Below are positions 34,469 to 45,923 of a stretch of 64,000 bases of DNA, one piece after another. The notes under the pieces are model-generated. The model was not told the origin of the DNA, searched no databases, and saw nothing but the letters and a program-made list of their open reading frames with translations. A program made the position numbers and the translations under genes. Numbering within the stretch: the stretch's first letter is position 1; each line of letters opens with the position of its first letter. Source of the DNA: Tetramitus jugosus (lineage: Eukaryota > Protista > Heterolobosea); contig OW569344.1 in NCBI GenBank assembly GCA_937625935.1, positions 186,001 to 250,000 on the forward strand, written 5' to 3'.

Positions 34469-37400
34469 ATGCTCACCAAGCAGCGTCATCCTTCATCCAA
34501 CAACAACTACGATATCACCAACCATGATTCAATGGATGAGCTCACAACAAACAACCCCAGACACAACGACAATAGCACTTTCGGAGAAGAGATGACGATG
34601 ATGAACGAATCTGAAGAATATCTCAAATTTCTTCATAAACCTCAAGTATACGCCTGTGGTCTCAACACTGCCTCTCAATTAGACTGTGCCTCACCCGAGT
34701 CACTTCCCTCATTCAAAAAAATGACAAAAATTGCATGTGGTCAAACGCATTGTCTCGCAGTTTCAAATTCTGGTGAGTTATGGTCATGGGGCAGTGGAAT
34801 GGGATGGAAATTGGGTCATTGTAGTACTCGTGATGCCATTACTGCGCAACGCGTCATTTATTGTGAGAGAGGATCAATCAATAATAACAATAACAGTAAT
34901 AGTAATAATTCACCATCATGTACCATGCATTCACCACACTCTCCATATTCTCCATACTCTGCACAACATCAACAATATATGAATAAGAGTACTACTCCTG
35001 GTAGTGATCAAGATGAGTATCGCATGGATGATCATCATGGTGACGTTCATTCATTGTCTTCCACGAGTGGTGTGAAACGACGTGGTACGTTGGGTAGTCC
35101 GACAGCAGACAACTTGTTGAATCGATCGGTCTATACGGTCATTGTCAATCAAAAGAATGATCAAAGCAAACCACAACCACAACAGCAACAGCTGAATAAT
35201 AATCGAATCCATCAGAAGAGTCAAAAAAGTAGTGAGAATGATGATGGTGGTGATCGTTTGGCTAAATTACATGACGAAGCAATGAAGAGCACACTATTGA
35301 CGCCACTAGTCATAAACAAGTATGGAGCAGAACAAGAGTCATCATCAGTTATCATTGATGAAGACGATGAACACAAATTTGAAGAAAAAAACAGTGCACG
35401 TGGTCCATCGTTGCAATCAACAGAGCATCGTCCACATTCGAACATTACCATTACACTCAATAGCTTCCTGCCCAAGATTAGAGATGTTGCCTGTGGAGAG
35501 CATCACTCTGTTTGCGTCGATGTGGACGGAGTGGTGTATACTTGGGGGTTGGGTCGCGAAGGCCAATTGGGAACACCATCCAACACGCATCATTTGCCTA
35601 TTCCGAGAGCCATTGATCCAGTGTACTTTAATCATGAACGGGTAATCAAGGTCTCTGCAAATTCGTGCTTCTCGATGGCTGTGACCGAGAGTGGTTCACT
35701 GTATTCATGGGGCTGGGGTGGCATGTATCGATTGGGTCATGGTGATGAACGCACGTGCAATGTTCCAACTCGTATTGAGGCGTTGAATGGAATAACAGTC
35801 AAGAGTGTTTCGTGTGGTTGGAGACATACGTGCTGTATCACTTCCAACGGCCATGTATACTCTTGGGGAGACAACAGTATGGGTCAACTAGGTCTAGGTA
35901 ACTTTGTAACAAGGAAACTTCCAGTGCTCATTCCACAGTTTGTTAAAACTCCAGCACAACAAGTTGCTTGTGGTGCATTCTTTACTCTGGTGTTGACGCG
36001 AGATAACATCGTGTATGGTTTTGGAGATCATTCAAGTGGAGCACTCGCTGAGCACTTGTTCGGTGCTGGATGTCAACCTGTCCCCAGAGTTCTAGAGTCC
36101 GTTATGCTTCAGGCAAAACTCGTTTCTCATATTAGTGCCGGCTCAGAGCATGCATGTGCAGTATCGGTCACTGGATCAGTTTTCTGTTGGGGTTGCAACG
36201 AGTACTCACAACTAGGAAATGAGTCATTGGCAGGTGATGATATTGTTTGTATACCTAATTTAGTGACGAGCACGGACAAGTTTCAAAAGGCTTATTGTGG
36301 AGGTACCTTTACAATGTTCATGACTGAGCCCGTGCCGAGCGTGCAGATATCTGAGCCTACTTTGGTTAAGAATTTTCAGAGCTTGATGAACACGGAGGGA
36401 TCAAGTGATGTTAGTCTCCGTGCAATAGATGGAGCCGTTTTGGCTCATAGGGCGATTCTATCTGCACGGAGTCCTGTGCTCAATCGCCTCATATCTGATC
36501 AAGTTTCAAAGTCGACTCAAGTGCATCCAGCACATCAGTATCCCAACCAAGAGGAACAGACGTCGCTTGTTGAGGTCGATTTAACGCACCTGGGAATTGG
36601 TCATTTTGAGTTGAAGGCCATTGTTGAATACATTTACACTGGATCGATGCATTTCAACAAGTTTGTGATGGGAACCAACTTGGCAAATGAACTCTTACCA
36701 GATCGCGTTCGTACCTTCTCTCTCAAACTAGGGTTGGATTCTTTAGCCAGTGTGTGCGATCAGCTTAATGCGAATCCAAATTATTCAAACTTTAAGATTA
36801 TTGATGTGCACACACTGCAGAATGATATGGCCAACTTCCTGAATGATAGCACTTCTGATTTTACCATTTATATTCATCGATGTGATCCCTATTCAGATGC
36901 CATGACTGATGAGCACGATGAGGACACAGTTGCCATCTATAAGGCACACCAATCCATTCTTGTTTCTCGATCAGAGCATTTCAGAACACTTATCCATGCA
37001 AATATGATGGAGACTCAGAACAAGGAGTTACATCTCTATGATATTCGATGTCCCGAACACTTTTTGATGGTTCTTCAGTTCATCTACTCAGACAGAGAAG
37101 ATCTTGTAATGGAGTATCTAGATAGAGAGGAGAGCGATGTCTTTTCGGAAAATAGAAGGGATATGCGAGTGTTTGAAGTTTTAGCCATTGCTGATTCCTT
37201 TTTGTTAACTAGATTGAAGCATATTTGTGAAGTGTTTATCGAGAAAAACTTTGGTGCACCCACAGAACAACTCCAAGATTTTGCTGCACAGTTTCAAGCA
37301 CACCAACTCTATTCCTATTGTGAGTTTTACTTGAGGCGGAACAAGATACAATTGGACGAACAGTGGACAGAGCTGGAAACACCAAAGACGACCCCTCTAA

Positions 37401-37972
37401 GATTAGCAACCAGGAGAATGACTATACCAGATATGACATCTTCGGTATTGGATCTGAGCATGAACGAAGAGGAAGAATCGAATGACATGATCACAGATGA
37501 GCGGGGGCAAGAAGGTGAAGAAGGGAATGATGAGTCCAATTCTTCAATGTCGCCGGATGATCACATCGAAGACGAAGATATTTCGATAAATGAAGCAGCT
37601 CCCTCATCCATTGATGACTTGATTGAGGTTGGTAGCGTCAATGATATGAGTACCATGGATTCAGAAAGCAGCAGATATTCGCTCAGTTGGAGTGCACTGA
37701 CGAAGCGTAAGAAGCGCATGTTGGGTCAGAGATGGCGCAACTGGATGGGACAGTACAGTGAAAAACGTTTCAAGGACAAGGTGAAGAGTTTGCGGCGAAG
37801 ACAGACATGGAACAAGGTGAGTGGATTCGTTTGGAGGTACGTGAAGAAGGTGGTTCTTGCTGCCTTCCTGATCGTTTTCTACATTCCATTCCTACTTCTC
37901 ACATTTGTGTATGGATGGTTGTTAAGGAGTCAGTCGTTTGATTTTGACACGCCGCCTGAAAACAACAATTGA
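34469..37972 (+). CDS. RCC1-repeat plus tandem BTB/POZ protein with C-terminal transmembrane segment
   Basis: Repeated ACG..H..A....G.LYSWG....G.LG, two BTB starts (AHRAILSARS, AHQSILVSRS), and hydrophobic VVLAAFLIVFYIPFLLLTFVYGWLL. Confidence 0.88.
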   Translation: MLTKQRHPSSNNNYDITNHDSMDELTTNNPRHNDNSTFGEEMTMMNESEEYLKFLHKPQVYACGLNTASQLDCASPESLPSFKKMTKIACGQTHCLAVSNSGELWSWGSGMGWKLGHCSTRDAITAQRVIYCERGSINNNNNSNSNNSPSCTMHSPHSPYSPYSAQHQQYMNKSTTPGSDQDEYRMDDHHGDVHSLSSTSGVKRRGTLGSPTADNLLNRSVYTVIVNQKNDQSKPQPQQQQLNNNRIHQKSQKSSENDDGGDRLAKLHDEAMKSTLLTPLVINKYGAEQESSSVIIDEDDEHKFEEKNSARGPSLQSTEHRPHSNITITLNSFLPKIRDVACGEHHSVCVDVDGVVYTWGLGREGQLGTPSNTHHLPIPRAIDPVYFNHERVIKVSANSCFSMAVTESGSLYSWGWGGMYRLGHGDERTCNVPTRIEALNGITVKSVSCGWRHTCCITSNGHVYSWGDNSMGQLGLGNFVTRKLPVLIPQFVKTPAQQVACGAFFTLVLTRDNIVYGFGDHSSGALAEHLFGAGCQPVPRVLESVMLQAKLVSHISAGSEHACAVSVTGSVFCWGCNEYSQLGNESLAGDDIVCIPNLVTSTDKFQKAYCGGTFTMFMTEPVPSVQISEPTLVKNFQSLMNTEGSSDVSLRAIDGAVLAHRAILSARSPVLNRLISDQVSKSTQVHPAHQYPNQEEQTSLVEVDLTHLGIGHFELKAIVEYIYTGSMHFNKFVMGTNLANELLPDRVRTFSLKLGLDSLASVCDQLNANPNYSNFKIIDVHTLQNDMANFLNDSTSDFTIYIHRCDPYSDAMTDEHDEDTVAIYKAHQSILVSRSEHFRTLIHANMMETQNKELHLYDIRCPEHFLMVLQFIYSDREDLVMEYLDREESDVFSENRRDMRVFEVLAIADSFLLTRLKHICEVFIEKNFGAPTEQLQDFAAQFQAHQLYSYCEFYLRRNKIQLDEQWTELETPKTTPLRLATRRMTIPDMTSSVLDLSMNEEEESNDMITDERGQEGEEGNDESNSSMSPDDHIEDEDISINEAAPSSIDDLIEVGSVNDMSTMDSESSRYSLSWSALTKRKKRMLGQRWRNWMGQYSEKRFKDKVKSLRRRQTWNKVSGFVWRYVKKVVLAAFLIVFYIPFLLLTFVYGWLLRSQSFDFDTPPENNN

Positions 37973-38011
37973 AGCAGTTTCCATGTCAATCCGATAAAAA
38001 TGATGGTTTAT

Positions 38012-39527
38012 TTACTTGTTACCCTTCTTGGACTGGGCCTTGATATCTTTAATTGTGCGTTCCAGTGTTTGGTTCTTCTGTTCATTGACAATGGCGATCG
38101 CTGCCTTGTACTCATCTTTGAATTGTTGTTTGTGTTCCTTTCTAGTGCTCAAAATAGTGTTGAGTGCTTCGGTACATTCTGTACTTGGCCTCCACTTGTA
38201 ATGATGTGTCATATCGGTCCAATACTGTCTCACACGTCTCATATTGATATCGCTCTTTGGTAGAATAAAGACATTGACACCCAATTCTTGAGCATCCTCT
38301 CGCAATTGAGCCTCATTCAACTTTGGTTTTGCCAATCCCTCCTTTAGGCAAGTCTTCAATAAAACGCTAAACATAAATGGTGTTGCTCTCAACTTTGTCT
38401 GTTTAAATTCATCATAATAGTTGTAAACAGCCTGATATTCATCGCTCGCTAACATTTTTGACATGATTGTTCCATAGGTTGTTGCATCAATGGCCATATT
38501 CAGAGTTTTCATCTCTTCGAAAAAGGAGATGACTTGATCCTTCTCCTCTGGCACCTTGCAACTTCTCATCAACAAGTGATAGGTGATCACATCGACATCA
38601 ACTTCATTTGTTCTCATCTCATCCAACACTCTCAATGCATCGGACAATCTGTTCAATCTTCCGTACACCTTCAACAGAGCACCATAGGTCACAGTGTCTG
38701 GTGTGGCACCAGTTTCCTTCATCAACGCAAACACTTTTTCAACATTGGCTGCATCGTTGACTCTGGCATACACATTGATCAAATTAGTGAACGAATTTTG
38801 CAGCAAAACGTTGTTTTGTTGCTTTTGTTCATCGGTTTGAATCTCTGCTTCCTTCTCCATATTGTTCAACAGTTCATTCATGTATGTCTGAGCCTTACCT
38901 GGTTCTTGTGAAAACTTGCATGCATTGATCATGTAGCACAACATGTAGTTTGTCACTTGAATGTTGCTTCTTCTCATTCGATCAATCAATGAATGAGCCT
39001 TATCGACCATCTTTGCTCTCACGAGTGCATTGATTGCCTCTCTAAAAATCTTTTCAGTAGGGGCGACACCAGTGATGCGCATATCATCCAACAGTCTGGA
39101 CACTTGATCCCAACAGCGCACAGGGTCCTTCTTTGACTTAATAATCTCAAGCTTGCTCAATTTTCTCTTTATAATCAATTGTTCCTTGGCTGTTGTTGTT
39201 GTTGTTGTTGTTGGGTGAAAAATGTGTAAGCTTTCTGCGCATACAGTTCGTTAAAAGTGAAAAGCTTTACAAAAAAAATGCAAAAGCTTTTGCGTGAAAA
39301 AAAGAAAAATCGTCGTACGTACACAGTGCCTTCTTTTCAGCGGCTCTCTTCTTCAATAGCTCTGCAGTGGCAGCATTCTCACCAACGTATGGCTGATTGA
39401 GTTTGATGGTGGATGGCACATTAGGATTGGTCAGTGTTCCAGCAGCCAATTTGGAAGCAGATCGTTTTTGAATGGACAGCGAACGCAATAGAATGGTTCT
39501 GTTGTTGTTGATGAGATGGTGACTCAT
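38012..39527 (-). CDS. Mitochondrial pentatricopeptide-repeat (PPR) protein; intron 39190-39322
   Basis: PPR motifs such as PDTVTYGALLKVYGRLNRLSDALRVLDEMRTNEV. Exon 1 is presequence-like. The GTACGT...CAG intron is in frame. Confidence 0.88.
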
Positions 39528-39743
39528 TGTATCTCTTTAAATTAAAAAAAACGGGGATGATGGCAGCCAAAAAAATTGTTGTTGTCGTTCTTTTAATTTT
39601 GTTTGCATTGGGCGTGAAAATTTTTACACACATTACAATTTTACGAGGAGGGAAAACTTGGTCGGAAGTAAATATTGGTGGTTGCCGCCAAGAAAAAATA
39701 CAGCCCCGATCAGAAAAAACACCAAAAGGTTTGTGCGTTGAAA

Positions 39744-41105
39744 ATGCACAAGAGAAACATGTCACCTGGAGGAACGACGAATGATATGAGTTGGTTATCG
39801 TTTCGGAAACCAAAATCGAGATCTGTAACATTAGAACAAAAGATGTCATTGATTCGATCTCGGACTTCACCGAGCGATCAGCAGAGCAAGAACAACACTC
39901 ATGTTAGTACTACAATGAATAATTATGTCCTTACGAGAGAAAATACTAGGAAAGTAAATGGAAATAATGGAGAAAACAACTCAAAGTTTGTTTCAGAGCT
40001 GAACAAACTAACGAACGACAACAGAGCATTAGACGAACGATTTACATCGACAGTACTACAGTCTATAGATGAACTACATCCAAGAGAAAATGTTTCCACT
40101 CCACTAAAACCTCATCCGAAACCTCTAAATCCTTCTACACCTTTTCTTTTGAAAGGGGCAAGAGAAGCGCCTAGGAGAGGACGATACGACCTCCCAGAGA
40201 AGACACAATTTGACGAAGAACTTGGGATAGGGGATGATATGTTGAAAGAAGACGAAACATTAACTGAACAAGAAGAAAAAGAAGTCCTGAATGAAGAAGA
40301 AACGAATCGTTCACTGACAAAACTCCAGATGAGGATCAAATCCCTTTTGGATGGTAAACTAGATCCAGTACTTGAAGAGAGCAATAATATCAAACCAAAT
40401 GTCAACACTTATGAATCTGAATCTGTTCGGAGTTATGTTAAAATACCAGTGAACAACTCTGTTGACGTATTAAAGTCTCGTCTTGAGAGGCATTGTGTGG
40501 AGATGGAGGTAGCGGTGAAGCATCTCAAAGAGGCAATCGAAGAAAAAATCGGTACAGGAAGTGATGATTTCGAGGTGGATGAAGACATAGAGGACATGTC
40601 AAGTGATATACCCCACAATCAAAATGATAGCTTGAATGACTCGATGATAACAGAACCTGACTCATACTCTTACATCAAAAAATTAACTGTAAGGAAGATC
40701 CCAAAGTTAGAGAAGAAGAAGAGTGTTAAAGAGTTCATATCGTCACATGAGCCACGGTTACTGGGAACCAACACACTACTGAAAACAGACACGGAACAGG
40801 ATAGTGATCTCCTACCTCTTACACATACCCCATCATCAAGCACTTCCACACCTGTTCCGCAAGTAAGCAAGAGTTCTTCTCCCATTATGCAGAACACCCC
40901 TCAAAGTGCTGAACTCCTCCATAAGGCACCTTCTCCTACCCTGTCCAATACTTCTGTTAACACAATCTCCTATGGCTATCTCATACACTCACCCAAGAGT
41001 AGAAGTTTCTCCAAGTACTCTCCCAACAGCAGAATAACAAGCCGAGGCTCTGTTCTCGACAAATATCGGACAATGATCCAAAATATAGATCAAAATCTCT
41101 GGTGA
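39744..41105 (+). CDS. Hypothetical, largely disordered protein
   Basis: Long open frame (>450 codons) with no recognised domain. The start codon is uncertain. Confidence 0.65.
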   Translation: MHKRNMSPGGTTNDMSWLSFRKPKSRSVTLEQKMSLIRSRTSPSDQQSKNNTHVSTTMNNYVLTRENTRKVNGNNGENNSKFVSELNKLTNDNRALDERFTSTVLQSIDELHPRENVSTPLKPHPKPLNPSTPFLLKGAREAPRRGRYDLPEKTQFDEELGIGDDMLKEDETLTEQEEKEVLNEEETNRSLTKLQMRIKSLLDGKLDPVLEESNNIKPNVNTYESESVRSYVKIPVNNSVDVLKSRLERHCVEMEVAVKHLKEAIEEKIGTGSDDFEVDEDIEDMSSDIPHNQNDSLNDSMITEPDSYSYIKKLTVRKIPKLEKKKSVKEFISSHEPRLLGTNTLLKTDTEQDSDLLPLTHTPSSSTSTPVPQVSKSSSPIMQNTPQSAELLHKAPSPTLSNTSVNTISYGYLIHSPKSRSFSKYSPNSRITSRGSVLDKYRTMIQNIDQNLW

Positions 41106-41232
41106 ACCCTCCTTGAAAAAAGTAAAGTAAAGTTCGAGAAATTGCTCGACAACAAAAATCAAACAAAGGAGCATTTTCCATCATCAAACAAAACAAGAAA
41201 AACACACCTCGTCATTTGATGGAAAAAAAGTC

Positions 41233-44200
41233 ATGAGCTACAAGTACGAAGTCCTCTACACAAAAGACATCCACAAAAAGTCACAAAATCGCAAATGGGT
41301 CGACGGTTATGCCGAATTCAACGTCAATAGCAAAAAGCTTTCCGTGTACGATGAAGAGACGCGCCAATATGTTGTCTCTAGTCATTTGAAGGCTATCGAT
41401 TTCGATGTACAGAATCCGGATGGTGAAGAGAAACGGATCATGAACTATGACATTCAAATTTTATCATTTGTTGCTCACATCAACAGTAATAGTGGTGATC
41501 AGAGTGCATCGACATCATCTCAAGCACCATCAACATCATCTTCAACAAAAAGCTCTGCTACTGCTACTGCTACTAGCAGTTTCAGTGCACCGAGACCATT
41601 GACCACTCCGCAACCAACAATCACATCATCATCAACAGAATCGGACTCATCAAAATATCCCAACAACAATAGCAGTATTTCCACAGTTTCATACACGAGA
41701 GGAGGTAAGAAGAAGTTTCAAGCACCGAGAATGGTGCCAAAAGTTCAACAACAAACACAAGTCAACGAGGAGGAAGACATGGAACAAACACCACACTATC
41801 AACAAAAGCAACAACCACAACAACGGCAGCGATCGCAATCTCATGAGAGAGGTTGGTCGATGGATGATGATGACAATGACGATGAAATCAATTCTAGTTC
41901 GATGAATCAGTATCGACCACAACAATCTCGAAGCTTTGCAAATAGCAGGCGATCCATGGCAGTGCAACAAGTCAGACGGAAATTACAATCAAGAGCAATG
42001 ATTGATGATGATGACAACAATGATGACGATAGTAATAATATTAGTAATATTAGTAATAGTAATATGAAGAGCAATCAGTCACATGGTATACGGAGTGAGA
42101 GTGATGATGACGATGATCAAGATCTCATTCATCACTCTGACGTTCGGTCGAGAAGCTCGCAGATATCACTGAATCGAAACAAGAATAAGACTGAGCAACA
42201 CTTGGACACTACTACTATGACTGCGAAGACTACAACAAGTGACACAACAATGAAGAGTCGATATGATCAAGAGGATGACTATAAGCGAAAGTCGAATCGA
42301 GTGTTAAACGATGATGACGACTCAGACGACGGAGGGGAGCCAGGCATTCAACCCGAAGACAAGGTAGAAGTTGTTACCGTGATGGGTCACAGTGGTGGTA
42401 TCAGTTTGGATGACGATGATGATGACGAGTTTGACTTCAATCCATCACCCATTCGAAAAACATTTAAGCCTATTCCTCGACCAGGTAATCCTCAGTCGAC
42501 AATCAATCGCACCCCGCAGTCCAATTACTCGCATAGAGTGGACCAGTCAAGTCCAAGCAACACATCAACACCACTCGTTCGACAAAGCACGCCACCACTG
42601 TCAAATAGTGGTTCCATAACGAAAAACTCACCTGCTGATGTTTCTCGCCAAACAACTCCCTCTTTCCAACGTACTCCCTTGACTAATAATGTGGCGAAGA
42701 CTCCCTCACCGAGCACCAAGATTAGTCCAATTACTGGCACCAAAAAGTTCAGCCCTCCGCTAGCTAAATCTCCCCATACGAACAATTTGATCGATACAAA
42801 TATTCCCATCCTCTCAATTATGCAGCAATTTATTGGCCGGAAGGATAGTCTTTGGTTTCCCAATACTACAGTTTGTAATTCGTTCCTACAGACAAGATCC
42901 TCACCAAAGCGATCTGTTTTGATACCCAACAAATTCCAAAGTCTAGATGAATACAAGAATGTATTTTCATCAGCCGTCTACGAAGATATGAACCTACAGT
43001 TATACAAAGTGGCACTGAAGTACAGAAGAGCATACAAGCAAATCACTAGTGCCCCAGGAACAAAACCTACAGAGAATTCAGTGACTAGAAACTGTCCCCA
43101 TGGAAAGATGGTCCTAAAAACGGTAAAGAAAGAGGGACCCAACAAGGGAAGAGTGTTCTATTCGTGTCCCACACAAAATTCTGGCTGTAAAGTGTTCCAT
43201 TGGGCCGATAGTGAGAGTGCTAATGTCGGATCGGGATCGTTCGTTAGACACATCTCTAACTCGAAAGAAAGAATGAACTTCTTCCGGTCTTCAGCCGTCA
43301 GTTATTATCATGGATGCGACTTTACTCAATCCCATAACTTAATGACCAATTCATTCAAGTCAAAAAGCAATGTAATGAAATACAAGTCGAACGTGACTCA
43401 ATGGTACTTGAGAATCGATGATAAGGAACAGGGCTCTCCGTACGCCAAGGACGACATTTGGATAATTTCAAATGATGAAATGTTTGATAAGATGGATAAT
43501 TTACTAATATGTCGCAGTGTATTCCATGGACCGACTTCTGATGGCAGCATAGAAGTTCAACCAATATTTGGAAAGCCATCGTGTATAAACAATTCGAGAA
43601 CAATGTATGCAATTAGAGGTCCAAATTTGGCATCCGAGTTGGAAATGATTGAGAATCTAGAAACTCTGAATAAGAGCAAGCTCCCAATATTGGACTCTTT
43701 GTTGGGTGATCCTACGGCTTGCTCAGAAGATACATCCCTAAAATCTGTCGTGAACTTTGACATTGGTGTTCCAAAGGAAGAAATTTTGGAAAAGGCAGAG
43801 AAGTTTATTACGGAGTATGATTTGAATGAGGATCAGGCAAGTGTGATTCGTAATAGCGCAAAATGGTTCATTCCTACTGAATACAGCCCTGATATTCATC
43901 TGGTTCACGGTGTATTCGGTGCAGGAAAATCGTTTATGCTAGTAGTATTAATTCTCTTCTTGTGTGAATTGCTTGATGAGGCAGGAAATACAGATATTCG
44001 AATTATGATATCATCTGTAACTAATGTAGCTGTGGATAGAGTTTTGCAAGGTTTGATTACTGAGAATTGTGACAATGTGCTGCGAGTGGGCAGTCAAAGA
44101 AAAATTGCAAGAGCTATTCTTCCGTATACACTCATCAGTGACAAATCAAAGCAAGAAATTGTTCGAGATCTCAACCAAATGCTGAAAAAGTCGCTCGATC

Positions 44201-45783
44201 CTCAAGAACTTCTCGGAGTGAAGAAAGCTTTAAAGGATGTTCAATCTGGTGCGCTTGAAAAGAAAAAGGATTCGGTGAAGAGTGTTAGGGTCGTTGGTGT
44301 CACATGTGCCGCATCAGCATTCGAAGTGCTAAAGGGAAACAAGTTTCCCATTATGATTATTGATGAAAGTAGTCAATGTGTTGAACCTTTGGCGTTGTTG
44401 CCAATGGCTAGATTTGGCTGTCAAAAACTAATTGCTGTTGGTGATCCCCAACAACTAAGTCCTACACTAAGTGGATCCTTTGGTCGAGATGATCCAGACT
44501 CGATAGAGAAGACATTATTTATTCGTTTGTCCGAAGTTGGTTTTGTACCACAGATGCTTCGAACTCAGTATCGTTGTCATCCAAGTATCAGCGCGTTATC
44601 CAACAAAATGTTTTATGGAGGCATGTTGAGAGATGGAATTAAAGACAGTGACAGATCATCCCTCATATATGGCATGCCACCTGTATTATTTGTTGATGTT
44701 CCAAATGGAAAGGAACAAGGTGCGTCAGATGGAAGTTTCTCAAACGAGGAGGAAGTGAATTGCATTGTGAATCTTCTGGGTCTTTTAACTCAAAATGAAT
44801 CCATTACAAAAGATACAATCGGAGTCATATCTCTCTATAGATCTCAAAAGTTCCAATTGAAACTGGCTTTGAAGAAAAATGGAGTGAAAGGTATTAAGAT
44901 ATCGACTGTTGATGCCTTCCAGGGTGGAGAACGAGATCTGATCATTTTAACATCCTGCAGAACAACAAACAATCTGAGTTTCATTGAGAATGAAAAACGG
45001 TTGAATGTTGCATTATCAAGAGCAAAGAGGCACCTTATTATTGTTGGAAAACAAGACACTCTTGAAAATAGCAGGTACTGGAAGAATGTAATACTACAAG
45101 CAGAAAGAACAAATAATGGTATTTCCTCATCGAGCCGCATTCAAAACATCTCACAAATCCAAGATCTATTCATCAGTGGTGGTAGTAGTCGATCGTATGT
45201 GCTTCCACAGGACATGGATGACGAAGAGGAAATCGACTTTGATAAACCTCTTTTACATCAATTGCCAAAACGGCAACTAATTGATGACGATGACGATGAT
45301 GACGAAGATGAAAACGAAAACTATTGCGAAGCTGAACGTGCACTACTATTGGATGAAAAGGTGAGCTCTATTGACAAAGAAGAGGGCGAAATAGAGTTTG
45401 AATTTGGTGAAGAGAAGAGTAGCCAGACAAAGAAGAGATCTGCTTCGAAACTTACCGACGATGACGATACAGACAGTGACCAAGAAGATGAAAACTTGCA
45501 TTCTTCACCAAGCCAAAAAAGAAGAAGAATCGAAGATGATACATCGGAAAAGTCAACCTTTTTGGATCAACCTGAACATGTTGACACTGCCTCGCTCGTG
45601 TTACCAGAACACGAAGAAAGAACGAATGAACAAACACTCCAAGATAGCTCTGCCATCCAAACCAGTGATTCCATCATCTACGACAATGATGACACCGAGA
45701 GGAGTGGTGGGACCACCAATGTTGAAAGTAGCAGCAGCAACAACAAAGCCAACCAGTCAATCGAGTTGGATCTTGACTGGTAA
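41233..45783 (+). CDS. ZGRF1: ZGRF1-like DNA-repair helicase (DUF2439, GRF zinc finger, SF1 helicase)
   Basis: N-terminal YEVLYTKDIHKK..KWVDG; GRF finger CPHG...VKKEGPNKGRVFYSC...CKVFHWAD; helicase motifs HGVFGAGKS, IIDESSQ, QYRCHP and TVDAFQGGE. Confidence 0.9.
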   Translation: MSYKYEVLYTKDIHKKSQNRKWVDGYAEFNVNSKKLSVYDEETRQYVVSSHLKAIDFDVQNPDGEEKRIMNYDIQILSFVAHINSNSGDQSASTSSQAPSTSSSTKSSATATATSSFSAPRPLTTPQPTITSSSTESDSSKYPNNNSSISTVSYTRGGKKKFQAPRMVPKVQQQTQVNEEEDMEQTPHYQQKQQPQQRQRSQSHERGWSMDDDDNDDEINSSSMNQYRPQQSRSFANSRRSMAVQQVRRKLQSRAMIDDDDNNDDDSNNISNISNSNMKSNQSHGIRSESDDDDDQDLIHHSDVRSRSSQISLNRNKNKTEQHLDTTTMTAKTTTSDTTMKSRYDQEDDYKRKSNRVLNDDDDSDDGGEPGIQPEDKVEVVTVMGHSGGISLDDDDDDEFDFNPSPIRKTFKPIPRPGNPQSTINRTPQSNYSHRVDQSSPSNTSTPLVRQSTPPLSNSGSITKNSPADVSRQTTPSFQRTPLTNNVAKTPSPSTKISPITGTKKFSPPLAKSPHTNNLIDTNIPILSIMQQFIGRKDSLWFPNTTVCNSFLQTRSSPKRSVLIPNKFQSLDEYKNVFSSAVYEDMNLQLYKVALKYRRAYKQITSAPGTKPTENSVTRNCPHGKMVLKTVKKEGPNKGRVFYSCPTQNSGCKVFHWADSESANVGSGSFVRHISNSKERMNFFRSSAVSYYHGCDFTQSHNLMTNSFKSKSNVMKYKSNVTQWYLRIDDKEQGSPYAKDDIWIISNDEMFDKMDNLLICRSVFHGPTSDGSIEVQPIFGKPSCINNSRTMYAIRGPNLASELEMIENLETLNKSKLPILDSLLGDPTACSEDTSLKSVVNFDIGVPKEEILEKAEKFITEYDLNEDQASVIRNSAKWFIPTEYSPDIHLVHGVFGAGKSFMLVVLILFLCELLDEAGNTDIRIMISSVTNVAVDRVLQGLITENCDNVLRVGSQRKIARAILPYTLISDKSKQEIVRDLNQMLKKSLDPQELLGVKKALKDVQSGALEKKKDSVKSVRVVGVTCAASAFEVLKGNKFPIMIIDESSQCVEPLALLPMARFGCQKLIAVGDPQQLSPTLSGSFGRDDPDSIEKTLFIRLSEVGFVPQMLRTQYRCHPSISALSNKMFYGGMLRDGIKDSDRSSLIYGMPPVLFVDVPNGKEQGASDGSFSNEEEVNCIVNLLGLLTQNESITKDTIGVISLYRSQKFQLKLALKKNGVKGIKISTVDAFQGGERDLIILTSCRTTNNLSFIENEKRLNVALSRAKRHLIIVGKQDTLENSRYWKNVILQAERTNNGISSSSRIQNISQIQDLFISGGSSRSYVLPQDMDDEEEIDFDKPLLHQLPKRQLIDDDDDDDEDENENYCEAERALLLDEKVSSIDKEEGEIEFEFGEEKSSQTKKRSASKLTDDDDTDSDQEDENLHSSPSQKRRRIEDDTSEKSTFLDQPEHVDTASLVLPEHEERTNEQTLQDSSAIQTSDSIIYDNDDTERSGGTTNVESSSSNNKANQSIELDLDW

Positions 45784-45923
45784 ACTTCTTTCCAATCGTC
45801 GGACATCCGTAAAGTCTTCCCGTTTCACAACATTCCGTCATCGGCAAAATCACAATTCTGCGCACACAAAAAAGTAAAAGCAAAAAACTAAAATCATCAT
45901 CAAAAGTGTCCACAGCAGTAATC

